The notes under the pieces were generated by a model that ran no database searches, had not been told where the DNA came from, and worked only from the letters and a program-made list of their open reading frames with translations. From the NCBI GenBank assembly GCA_964016885.1, contig OZ024747.1:87172001-87236000 (forward strand): DNA of 64,000 nt. Direction: 5' to 3'. The position numbers and the translations under genes are program-made. The stretch comes from Eledone cirrhosa. Its lineage: Eukaryota. Position 1 is the stretch's first letter, and every line of letters starts with the position of its first letter. Shown here piece after piece: positions 1 through 15,528 of the stretch.

Positions 1-1970
<1,970 letters not shown>

Positions 1971-2130
1971 AATTGGAATAAATGCTCTGAAATAGCGATA
2001 TATATGTGAATATAGACATAGAATATTCGAAAATATTCTGTATGTTTATAATAAACATTTTGAAGACCTAATCGCTATAGAATAGAATACGTCACGTATT
2101 ACAATTAGATTCTCGATAAAAGCAAGGGAA

Positions 2131-2173
2131 GTAATCTACGCGTTTCATTCTCGTTAGAAATCATCAGGACTAC
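2131..2173 (-). ncRNA. Minimal type-I hammerhead ribozyme, copy 1
   Basis: Minus strand reads GUAGUC-CUGAUGA-U UUCU AACG AGAA U-GAAA-CGCG-UA-GAUUAC. It has an intact CUGANGA/GAAA/UH core, stem I GUAGUC:GAUUAC and a palindromic 4-nt stem III. A 16-bp outer helix pairs 2109-2124 with 2182-2197. Confidence 0.9.
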
Positions 2174-2440
2174 ATATCCAGTGCTTTTATCGAGAATGAC
2201 ACAGCTAGAGACTTATAGAATACTTAGCTGTGTACAGGAACTGGTTTGAAAGAGCGGTTGCCGGTCCGGCAGAAATTAGAAATTGGAATAAATGCTCTGA
2301 AATAGCGATATATATGTGAATATAGACATAGAATATTCGAAAATATTCTGTATGTTTATAATAAACATTTTGAAGACCTAATCGCTATAGAATAGAATAC
2401 GTCACGTATTACAATTAGATTCTCGATAAAAGCAAGGGAA

Positions 2441-2483
2441 GTAATCTACGCGTTTCATTCTCGTTAGAAATCATCAGGACTAC
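2441..2483 (-). ncRNA. Hammerhead ribozyme, copy 2
   Basis: Same sequence as copy 1, shifted 310 bp. Confidence 0.9.
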
Positions 2484-2750
2484 ATATCCAGTGCTTTTAT
2501 CGAGAATGACACAGCTAGAGACTTATAGAATACTTAGCTGTGTACAGGAACTGGTTTGAAAGAGCGGTTGCCGGTCCGGCAGAAATTAGAAATTGGAATA
2601 AATGCTCTGAAATAGCGATATATATGTGAATATAGACATAGAATATTCGAAAATATTCTGTATGTTTATAATAAACATTTTGAAGACCTAATCGCTATAG
2701 AATAGAATACGTCACGTATTACAATTAGATTCTCGATAAAAGCAAGGGAA

Positions 2751-2793
2751 GTAATCTACGCGTTTCATTCTCGTTAGAAATCATCAGGACTAC
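2751..2793 (-). ncRNA. Hammerhead ribozyme, copy 3
   Basis: Same sequence as copy 1. Confidence 0.9.
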
Positions 2794-3060
2794 ATATCCA
2801 GTGCTTTTATCGAGAATGACACAGCTAGAGACTTATAGAATACTTAGCTGTGTACAGGAACTGGTTTGAAAGAGCGGTTGCCGGTCCGGCAGAAATTAGA
2901 AATTGGAATAAATGCTCTGAAATAGCGATATATATGTGAATATAGACATAGAATATTCGAAAATATTCTGTATGTTTATAATAAACATTTTGAAGACCTA
3001 ATCGCTATAGAATAGAATACGTCACGTATTACAATTAGATTCTCGATAAAAGCAAGGGAA

Positions 3061-3103
3061 GTAATCTACGCGTTTCATTCTCGTTAGAAATCATCAGGAC
3101 TAC
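3061..3103 (-). ncRNA. Hammerhead ribozyme, copy 4
   Basis: Same sequence as copy 1. Confidence 0.9.
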
Positions 3104-3370
3104 ATATCCAGTGCTTTTATCGAGAATGACACAGCTAGAGACTTATAGAATACTTAGCTGTGTACAGGAACTGGTTTGAAAGAGCGGTTGCCGGTCCGGC
3201 AGAAATTAGAAATTGGAATAAATGCTCTGAAATAGCGATATATATGTGAATATAGACATAGAATATTCGAAAATATTCTGTATGTTTATAATAAACATTT
3301 TGAAGACCTAATCGCTATAGAATAGAATACGTCACGTATTACAATTAGATTCTCGATAAAAGCAAGGGAA

Positions 3371-3413
3371 GTAATCTACGCGTTTCATTCTCGTTAGAAA
3401 TCATCAGGACTAC
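3371..3413 (-). ncRNA. Hammerhead ribozyme, copy 5
   Basis: Same sequence as copy 1. Confidence 0.9.
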
Positions 3414-3680
3414 ATATCCAGTGCTTTTATCGAGAATGACACAGCTAGAGACTTATAGAATACTTAGCTGTGTACAGGAACTGGTTTGAAAGAGCGGTTG
3501 CCGGTCCGGCAGAAATTAGAAATTGGAATAAATGCTCTGAAATAGCGATATATATGTGAATATAGACATAGAATATTCGAAAATATTCTGTATGTTTATA
3601 ATAAACATTTTGAAGACCTAATCGCTATAGAATAGAATACGTCACGTATTACAATTAGATTCTCGATAAAAGCAAGGGAA

Positions 3681-3723
3681 GTAATCTACGCGTTTCATTC
3701 TCGTTAGAAATCATCAGGACTAC
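3681..3723 (-). ncRNA. Hammerhead ribozyme, copy 6
   Basis: Same sequence as copy 1. Confidence 0.9.
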
Positions 3724-3990
3724 ATATCCAGTGCTTTTATCGAGAATGACACAGCTAGAGACTTATAGAATACTTAGCTGTGTACAGGAACTGGTTTGAA
3801 AGAGCGGTTGCCGGTCCGGCAGAAATTAGAAATTGGAATAAATGCTCTGAAATAGCGATATATATGTGAATATAGACATAGAATATTCGAAAATATTCTG
3901 TATGTTTATAATAAACATTTTGAAGACCTAATCGCTATAGAATAGAATACGTCACGTATTACAATTAGATTCTCGATAAAAGCAAGGGAA

Positions 3991-4033
3991 GTAATCTACG
4001 CGTTTCATTCTCGTTAGAAATCATCAGGACTAC
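3991..4033 (-). ncRNA. Hammerhead ribozyme, copy 7
   Basis: Same sequence as copy 1. Confidence 0.9.
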
Positions 4034-4276
4034 ATATCCAGTGCTTTTATCGAGAATGACACAGCTAGAGACTTATAGAATACTTAGCTGTGTACAGGAA
4101 CTGGTTTGAAAGAGCGGTTGCCGGTCCGGCAGAAATTAGAAATTGGAATAAATGCTCTGAAATAGCGATATATATGTGAATATAGACATAGAATATTCGA
4201 AAATATTCTGTATGTTTATAATAAACATTTTGAAGACCTAATCGCTATAGAATAGAATACGTCACGTATTACAATT

Positions 4277-4389
4277 TATCGAGAATCTAATTGTAATACG
4301 TGACGTATTCTATTCTATAGCGATTAGGTCTTCAAAATGTTTATTATAAACATACAGAATATTTTCGAATATTCTATGTCTATATTCAT
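4277..4389 (+). repeat. Inverted partial copy of the 310-bp unit, forming a ~100-bp-arm palindrome with 4170-4276
   Basis: tatcgagaatctaattgtaatacgtgacg...gtctatattca is the reverse complement of unit sequence equivalent to ~2006-2118. Confidence 0.95.
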
Positions 4390-4416
4390 ATATATATATA
4401 TATTTATATATATATT

Positions 4417-4447
<31 letters not shown>

Positions 4448-4476
4448 TTATATATATATATTTATATATATATATT

Positions 4477-4544
<68 letters not shown>

Positions 4545-4582
4545 TATATATATATATTTATATATATATATTTATATATATA

Positions 4583-4630
<48 letters not shown>

Positions 4631-4640
4631 TATATATATA

Positions 4641-4688
<48 letters not shown>

Positions 4689-4726
4689 TATATATATATA
4701 TTTATATATATATATTTATATATATA
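4390..4726. repeat. (TA)n/TTTA microsatellite
   Basis: Directly visible. Confidence 0.97.
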
Positions 4727-4876
4727 CAGTATTTTCCGTTGTGTTGTAATATAAATATTACACACAGTAGATTATCAGCTCACGTAGAGTTTGCTCGACG
4801 GTTCCAGTTGTAGTTCCAAAAGTAATCCGGAGAAAAATAGAAAGATTTGAATGGATACAGTTTAGTTGAAAGGAAT

Positions 4877-4993
4877 TTATTGACACGTGTTTCTATAACA
4901 GTTACATAACCTAAAACAGCTATCTACAAACTTTTAGTTATGCAGACATTCAATATTTCAATGTTATTATTTACTGTCATTTCATCAGAATAA
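4877..4993 (-). ncRNA. Type-I hammerhead ribozyme with a long stem II insertion
   Basis: Minus strand reads UUAUU-CUGAUGA-A AUGACAGU...(~70 nt)...ACUGUUAU A-GAAA-CACGUG-UC-AAUAA. Stem I is UUAUU:AAUAA, stem III is the palindrome CACGUG, and the cleavage triplet is GUC. Confidence 0.75.
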
Positions 4994-5557
4994 TATTACT
5001 GAGGACCTATTTAGTTTTTATAGAGAATATTAGGAGGGAGGGGTGAAGTTGTTAGAAGAATAGTTGAAGGAGTGGTTTTTCGATAGCAGTGAGAATTCTT
5101 GGTGGCAGTGAGTAATTAGATTCCCATCTGTTGTTTTGACATTTTTTATGGAATATATTATTGGTTATTTTTCTAAATCTATAGAAGGATTAGAGATAGT
5201 AAAGATATGCGTGGTTGGTTTTGTGTTTGCACTTAACATTCAGACTTAAATTTTTCTTTCAAGTGTACGTATTCTTTCACCCACGCATTCACACAAATAT
5301 ATTTGCACACCTCTACAAAACACATATACTCACAATTCACATATTCATACTTACATATATATACACATGCATACACATATATATACACACATGTATTCAT
5401 GTACATACATACGCGCTCATGTGTATACATTTTCATACTCAACTTATCTTTATATATACACACGTATAGACACACACATATATACATACATACTCTAGTC
5501 CATGTGTACACACATACGCATACATACACATCCACATACACATACATACATACACAT

Positions 5558-5757
5558 NNNNNNNNNNNNNNNNNNNNNNNNNNNNNNNNNNNNNNNNNNN
5601 NNNNNNNNNNNNNNNNNNNNNNNNNNNNNNNNNNNNNNNNNNNNNNNNNNNNNNNNNNNNNNNNNNNNNNNNNNNNNNNNNNNNNNNNNNNNNNNNNNNN
5701 NNNNNNNNNNNNNNNNNNNNNNNNNNNNNNNNNNNNNNNNNNNNNNNNNNNNNNNNN
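5558..5757. other. Assembly gap (200 N)
   Basis: Run of N. Confidence 1.
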
Positions 5758-6439
5758 GCCTTTCCTTTCTTCTATCCTACGCCATTTTGTTTGTGTGTGG
5801 GTTGCGTGCTCAGTTTGCGCATGCGCCACATCCGAGTGTCTGTGTGTGTTTGTGTTCATTTTTCTATTTATATTTGTTTGTTTATTTATTTATTTATTGT
5901 TGGTTGGTTGTTTGTTCTATGTGTGTGTGTGTTTTCATTTTGTCTTGTGTGTGTTTTCATTTTGTGTGTGTTTTCAATTGTAAGTTGTTTGTTCTATGTG
6001 TGTGTGTGTGTTTTCATTTTGTCCTTAATTGTAAGTTGTGATGTTGCTGTTCCACTCATATTTTCTATTTAATTTTGGTTTTAATTCTTTTATGCTTACT
6101 GCCTCTGTAATTTGCCTAAACATTGCGTCTTTCTTGTGTGTGGATTCTATTTTTATTTCTATGCTCTCTAATTTACCCCTGTGTTCTATCTTAGCATGTT
6201 GGTAGAGCACAGATGATTCTTTACTATCTTGGAGGTCTCGCCAGTGTTCATTTATTCGTTCCCCTATACTACGAGCTGTCTCACCTATGTACACTATATT
6301 TTTGTTTCTACATTGTCCTTCAGTACATCTTATGCTATATACTACATTTCTAGTTTTACAGTTAATATGGGGGCTTATTTTACAGGTTATACATTTCTTA
6401 TCTATACATGAGGGTCTTTGGAACGGGTATGTCTTGCTA
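5758..6439 (-). mobile_element. Penelope-like element 3' fragment (Neptune-type Cys-rich linker + GIY-YIG endonuclease, ORF part 6025-6439) and AC-rich 3' UTR
   Basis: The open frame reads SKTYPFQRPSCIDKKCITCKISPHINCKTRNVVYSIRC..C..IVYIGETARSIGERINEH...RQITEAVSIKELKPKLN, showing the VVY/YIGET motifs and the conserved R, H, E and N. It is truncated at (TA)n. Confidence 0.88.
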
Positions 6440-8782
<2,343 letters not shown>

Positions 8783-8790
<8 letters not shown>

Positions 8791-10348
8791 ATATGTGAGC
8801 TGATAGAGTACTGTCTAAGGATTTACAGAAACCCATGAAGCTAGATTTAACACCTTTCTAGTGGGTCCGGGTATGATTTTACATTCATTTAAATTATTGA
8901 CGTATTGTTTTATTGATATTTTTTATCTGTTTGGCCCGAATCTTCCTTTATCGATTTTAAATCGTATGGTTGATTGTAGACTTGTTCTATATGTGACGGT
9001 ATTTTAACGATAGTTATAGCTCTGATTCATCTGAATTATTGAGCCCTCTGCCGCTCATATCGAATTTCGTTTTTCGTGAACTCGTGCGCCGATTTTTCGA
9101 TACTCGATCTTTCTAGTATATTTAGCTCTGGACATAGCTATCCACCAGTTAATTTTATTGCTCATTTTTTGTCGATTCTATTGAGTGATGAATAGCTTTT
9201 GTTTTATTTTAACATGTCTATTGAGCACTCTAATTCGATATGTGTATTTCCACATTCACTCGAATTGTTTTCGCGGATATAGGGGTCATCTCCCTTGTCT
9301 AATGCCATGTGCGTTTTTCACCGCTAGTTGACTCCTTTGCCGCCAGGATAAAACTCGTTGACAACGTAAACTCCGTTCCACTTATTCTAGTAGGCTTTTA
9401 TATTTATATGTGAGCTGATAGAGTACTGTCTAAGGATTTACAGAAACCCATGAAGCTAGATTTAACACCTTTCTAGTGGGTCCGGGTATGATTTTACATT
9501 CATTTAAATTATTGACGTATTGTTTTATTGATATTTTTTATCTGTTTGGCCCGAATCTTCCTTTATCGATTTTAAATCGTATGGTTGATTGTAGACTTGT
9601 TCTATATGTGACGGTATTTTAACGATAGTTATAGCTCTGATTCATCTGAATTATTGAGCCCTCTGCCGCTCATATCGAATTTCGTTTTTCGTGAACTCGT
9701 GCGCCGATTTTTCGATACTCGATCTTTCTAGTATATTTAGCTCTGGACATAGCTATCCACCAGTTAATTTTATTGCTCATTTTTTGTCGATTCTATTGAG
9801 TGATGAATAGCTTTTGTTTTATTTTAACATGTCTATTGAGCACTCTAATTCGATATGTGTATTTCCACATTCACTCGAATTGTTTTCGCGGATATAGGGG
9901 TCATCTCCCTTGTCTAATGCCATGTGCGTTTTTCACCGCTAGTTGACTCCTTTGCCGCCAGGATAAAACTCGTTGACAACGTAAACTCCGTTCCACTTAT
10001 TCTAGTAGGCTTTTATATTTATATGTGAGCTGATAGAGTACTGTCTAAGGATTTACAGAAACCCATGAAGCTAGATTTAACACCTTTCTAGTGGGTCCGG
10101 GTATGATTTTACATTCATTTAAATTATTGACGTATTGTTTTATTGATATTTTTTATCTGTTTGGCCCGAATCTTCCTTTATCGATTTTAAATCGTATGGT
10201 TGATTGTAGACTTGTTCTATATGTGACGGTATTTTAACGATAGTTATAGCTCTGATTCATCTGAATTATTGAGCCCTCTGCCGCTCATATCGAATTTCGT
10301 TTTTCGTGAACTCGTGCGCCGATTTTTCGATACTCGATCTTTCTAGTA
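8783..10348. repeat. 615-bp tandem array (2 full units + ~330 bp)
   Basis: tgagctgatagagtactg occurs at 8796, 9411 and 10026. Units look identical and the array is flanked by (TA)n on both sides. Confidence 0.95.
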
Positions 10349-10744
10349 TATATATTTATATATATATATTTATATATATATATTTATATATATATATTTA
10401 TATATATATATTTATATATATATATTTATATATATATATTTATATATATATATTTATATATATATATTTATATATATATATTTATATATATATATTTATA
10501 TATATATATTTATATATATATATTTATATATATATATTTATATATATATATTTATATATATATATTTATATATATATATTTATATATATATATTTATATA
10601 TATATATTTATATATATATATTTATATATATATATTTATATATATATATTTATATATATATATTTATATATATATATTTATATATATATATTTATATATA
10701 TATATTTATATATATATATTTATATATATATATTTATATATATA

Positions 10745-10826
<82 letters not shown>

Positions 10827-10882
10827 TATATATATATATTTATATATATATATTTATATATATATATTTATATATATATATT

Positions 10883-10918
<36 letters not shown>

Positions 10919-11416
10919 TATATATATATATTTATATATATATATTTATATATATATATTTATATATATATATTTATATATATATATTTATATATATATA
11001 TTTATATATATATATTTATATATATATATTTATATATATATATTTATATATATATATTTATATATATATATTTATATATATATATTTATATATATATATA
11101 TTTATATATATATATATTTATATATATATATATTTATATATATATATATTTATATATATATATATTTATATATATATATATTTATATATATATATATTTA
11201 TATATATATATATTTATATATATATATTTATATATATATATATTTATATATATATATATTTATATATATATATATTTATATATATATATATTTATATATA
11301 TATATTTATATATATATATATTTATATATATATATTTATATATATATATATTTATATATATATATATTTATATATATATATTTATATATATATATATTTA
11401 TATATATATATATATA
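10349..11416. repeat. (TA)n/(TTTATATATATA)n microsatellite
   Basis: Directly visible. Confidence 0.97.
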
Positions 11417-11429
11417 ACAGAGTTTTGTA

Positions 11430-11930
11430 GCTTGCTTGAAGCATTGTTTAATAGGAAACACAAATTTAAATTTTGAAGAACAACACAATGCATATGGAGA
11501 ATGTTAAATTGACAAGATAACAAATTTAACGATCCCAAATATTTTCGGGTTTAAAAACCCATTATCAAGGCAGTAACCCTATAAGAGACTTAAAAATTGA
11601 TCGGATAGACTTGTTCGAATGGGAGCAGAGTTAGGTGAAATGAAATGAAAAGACGTAAAAATTTCGAATGTGCGCGTTGTGAAATATATGATAAGTGTAT
11701 GGAATGAAAGTGTCCGTTATGATGTTGGAATCCGGGTTTTTAAATTAGCCATTCTGGTGCATTTCTTTCCATTCGGTTATTGATCCTAGTTTTAATTGCT
11801 TGATTAGGAGAGCTTCCTTAATTCTCAGCTACTGAAAGCAGTATAGGCACACTAAGATTATGGTGGTAATGCTGTCCCAGTTCCCACATTTGATGATGTG
11901 TCTCTCTTATATAGGACTATATATACATAT
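11430..11930 (-). mobile_element. Decayed Penelope-like 3' end (GIY-YIG remnant + decayed hammerhead at 11534-11571)
   Basis: Minus strand encodes SYIRET (like YIGET) and LRIKEALLIKQLK. Downstream it reads CC-UUGAUAA-UGGGUUUUUAAACCC-GAAA-AUAU-UU-GGG. Confidence 0.6.
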
Positions 11931-12099
11931 TAGAGTATGGGGTTAACCAAACAGGGATGTGCAGACCACATCATTGTCTGTCAGTTGTAAAGCAGATAAA
12001 AAGAAGTGCTCAATGACCTGTATAAATGGTGCAAGCCGGAGCATTATATATTATTAAAAGTTCGAATGCCATATTCAGTTGGTTCAGATTTATTCAAAT

Positions 12100-12305
12100 T
12101 TAACACCAAAGAGAAGAAACCAGAATAGTTTTCTCTGAATTCCTTAAACTCTGAAGAAGAGAATTTTAATTCCCGATATATTAGCACAAAAGAAACAACA
12201 GCAACAAAAACAAACAAAGATTACCAGGTAACTAAATTTTTTGTTACCTTCATCTTACCGTCCATTTTGCATTGTTTAGCCTTATATCACTTTCCACGTT
12301 ATGTA
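12100..12305 (+). repeat. Dispersed repeat with a decayed hammerhead-like motif (pLTR-like); other copies at 38830-39010 (+) and 38350-38460 (-)
   Basis: Copies share ctctgaagaag(a/g)gaattttaa(t/g)tccc...aaagaaacaacagcaacaaaa...gattaccaggtaact...ttaccttcatcttac. Confidence 0.65.
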
Positions 12306-12544
12306 CATATGTGTATGTAGTTGTTTCAGTCAGGACAAGCTCTTCATCTCAATTGCACTTTGAGTTTGAGCTGACGTCTGTTGGGGTCTGAGATGTCACT
12401 GTGGTAGGTCCCTTAACTCCACAGGTCTACAGGTTTGTCCTGAAGCCTGAATACTGGTCGATTTGCCTGCCACACCAAGTTAAACCTGATCATCAAACAG
12501 CCCCTGGCTCCAGTAAATATCCCCTCAGTTCTAGAGCCGGTAAT

Positions 12545-12905
12545 TATTTTTTCCATCCTGTGGTGTTCGAGACGTTTGGTGGAGTTGGTCTGCTGACAGC
12601 AAAGTTCTTGTCATTGCTGGTGGCTTGCCTTACTGAGGTGTCAGGTGATGCCTGTGAGGGTGTCTGGTTGTTTCAGTGCCTTACTTTTGCCATCACCAGT
12701 GGCAATGCTGCAAGCGAATTGGCTTGCCTCAAAGTGTTTAGTTAACCCTTATAACCCTTATGATGCGATGTGCGACCGATTGTTGTAATTGGTGGTGAAT
12801 TGATGGTCGTTTTTTGTTTTTGCTTCCTGCCCTTTTTTTTCCTTTTTTTTTTTTTCTCTATTTTATGTGTTTATCAACATTATATTTTTAATGTTCTACT
12901 GAATG
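12545..12905 (+). mobile_element. CRE-clade non-LTR retrotransposon 3' fragment (end of restriction-like endonuclease)
   Basis: YFFHPVVFETFGGVGLLTAKFLSLL...WLFQCLTFAITSGNAASELACL, similar to 33844-34281. Confidence 0.75.
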
Positions 12906-13339
12906 AATTGCAAGCAATGTGTAATGTTATTTGTAATATCACACACACACACACACACACATTACTGAGAAACTCAGCAACAAAAAGAAATATGTTAAAT
13001 ATTGTAGTCTACTTTGTTATTGAGCATTTTCCTCTGGTGTTAGTAAATTCAAACGTATGTACATCTCTCATCACCAAATGAAACACAATCACACTTCTAT
13101 TAAATAAAACAAAAAACTTTTTCTACCTTTTGTAATGAGTATCTTACCTTAATTATGGTTCCCTCCCGTTCATTACAGAATACTATATATATATATATTT
13201 ATATATATATATATAATGTGTGTGTGTGGGGGTAAGGGCGGTGCCCTAGCATGGCCCCAACAGATGGCTGGAACAGGTAAAGAGAAAAAGAGTGTATATA
13301 TATATCAGAGTGGAAGCGATAAAATCCGTTAGACCAATA

Positions 13340-13405
13340 TTCATGAGAGTACTCGATACTTGGGGTAGTAGAGTGGGTAAAATGAAAAATTCGGGACCCC
13401 AACGG
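13340..13405 (-). repeat. Short repeat lying between (TA)n tracts; related copy at 56582-56685 (+)
   Basis: Both copies share ttacccactctactacc(c)aagtat(c/t)gagtact. Confidence 0.6.
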
Positions 13406-13833
13406 CTGAATTTTCCATTATATATATATGCGTGAGTGTGTGAAACTAATAAGGCTGTTTTATTGTATACTCTGAGTTCGTCTTGTGTATTTTTATTCTG
13501 AAAGGAATTGGGAGTGTTTGCGGAAAGATATGTTAGCAGCTAGATTAAGAAGATCAGCTTTAAAACTAGCCAGTTCATTTACCTTGGGTGGCTACTTTCT
13601 AAACCTCAGGTTGAAAACATTGTCTGAACTTAATAGTTTCCCCGTCAAAGGTTAGTACCATCCATCTCAATCACTTGACCACATCTTCAAATTTGTAGAG
13701 GAGGCGTTTAGAATAAGTCGTGCGTGAAGTGGTACTCAGGTATATAGAGCAATTTATATATCTATATCAACAGGTTATAGTCGTTTGCCATTAGTTGTAC
13801 ATTGGTGTATGGATTTGCTGGTCACAATAAACT

Positions 13834-13841
<8 letters not shown>

Positions 13842-13904
<63 letters not shown>

Positions 13905-13938
13905 TATTATATATATATATATAATATATATATATAAT

Positions 13939-14032
<94 letters not shown>
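13842..14032. repeat. (TA)n microsatellite
   Basis: Directly visible. Confidence 0.95.
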
Positions 14033-14033
<1 letters not shown>

Positions 14034-14057
14034 CATTAAATTATTTAATTTATTTAT

Positions 14058-14116
14058 GAACGTTTCTATCAACATAGTAAGAAAATACATTTCGTCAGTA
14101 TTGATTTCTTCAGAAT
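14058..14116 (-). ncRNA. Hammerhead-like motif, probably degenerate, in a ~130-bp island between (TA)n tracts
   Basis: Minus strand reads CUGAAGA-A AUCAAUA...UGUUGAU A-GAAA-CGUUC. Stem II pairs over 7 bp but stem I is poor. Confidence 0.45.
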
Positions 14117-14160
14117 CTATATTAAATAACATAAATAATCAATTACCAGCCGTATGTCCG

Positions 14161-14218
<58 letters not shown>

Positions 14219-14829
14219 GTATGTGTGTGTGTGTAATAGAGAGAGGAAAGGAAAACATATCTTTCAACTTACCTATTGGTCTATGGTATATGCTGTGTGC
14301 CCGGTTAAGATAAAAGTGGGGTTTATTTTTAAAGTGAAGTAACGGCTAGATAATAAATATAATAAATAGGGCCTTGAATAGATCAACTTTTTAGTCAGTC
14401 ATTGTCAAACACCTCGTCCCGTCTCCCAAATTTATTCTCACTCCACCGTCAAACATACTGCATGACTAATATAGGTCAACGTAAGATTTAATATTTGTTC
14501 GTATTTCTGTTTGTTTGTAATTGTTTGTTTGCAACAAGTTGAAGTAGTGCTTATAATACAGGTGGTGGTGGTCGTTGTAATAGTAGTGGTGGTGGTAGTA
14601 GTTATAATAGTATTCGTGGTGATTGTAGTTGTAGCAGTGGTGGTGATGGGGATGTTACATTAATCACAGCTACCTGGTTGTCTAGATACAGGGGGAAAGT
14701 GGAAGGTAGGTGGGAGATGATTTATGTATTTATTTGTTGTTTTATTTTGACAATCATGCTAATATATGATAATCCTCGGTTTTTAAGATTAGGTGACAAG
14801 AACAAAGATTAAGCAGCAAAAGTCGATGG

Positions 14830-15200
14830 GCCTGCGGCTCGGTACCTGCAGAGGCAGTTTCATGCCGTCCAACAGCGTCGTCGGGCGGGCCGGTTTAATT
14901 GCTCGGGGTCTGGTTTGGTGCGGACCTTCAGACGGAAAAACAACTGGGACGAGGTGATAAGCAGGGTGACCACTCTCACCCAGAAATGGGCCAAGAGAAA
15001 GCTATCCATGAGAGGTCGGGTGGAGGTGGCGAATGTGTACATCGCGGCGGTCATCTACTACCGCCTGACCATCGTGCCTTGTCCAAAGCCTCATCTGACA
15101 GGACGAGGGCGTTTGCTCTTTCGCTTTTTGTGAAAGGGACGTGCGCCGGTGGTCAGACGGTAGATCTGCTGTCAACAGTGGCGGACTGGCCAGATTGCTA
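14830..15200 (+). mobile_element. L1/Tx1-clade LINE ORF2 fragment (post-RT region), frameshifted
   Basis: LGVWFG...NWDEVISRV...KWAKRKLSMRGRVEVANVYIAAVIYYRL. Confidence 0.8.
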
Positions 15201-15465
15201 GGTTACTCAATGGCGAGTGGACCCCAGGGGACCCGCGGTAACATTGCAGAAGCCCACTGTAGTATTTTAGGGCTTTCAAAAAATTCCTGAAATCTGAGAG
15301 AAAGAATAATTTTTTTAAAAATAAATAAAACAATTAAACAAGGCTTTTGGTCAACCAAATCCCCCAGGGAATTACTGGAAACCAAAATATATGATAGTGC
15401 AAACAGTTGGAATTGGTGGTTGTACATTCTACTACATTTAAAGCTGACTGTATTCATCCACGCAA

Positions 15466-15524
<59 letters not shown>

Positions 15525-15528
<4 letters not shown>

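Larger units (their letters stand above)
1971..4276 (-). mobile_element. 310-bp tandem array (7 full units + ~136 bp); hammerhead-containing retrozyme or PLE pseudo-LTR repeat
   Basis: Unit start aattggaataaatgctctg recurs at 1971, 2281, 2591, 2901, 3211, 3521, 3831 and 4141. Copies look identical by eye, and each full unit has a hammerhead core on the minus strand. Confidence 0.85.
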
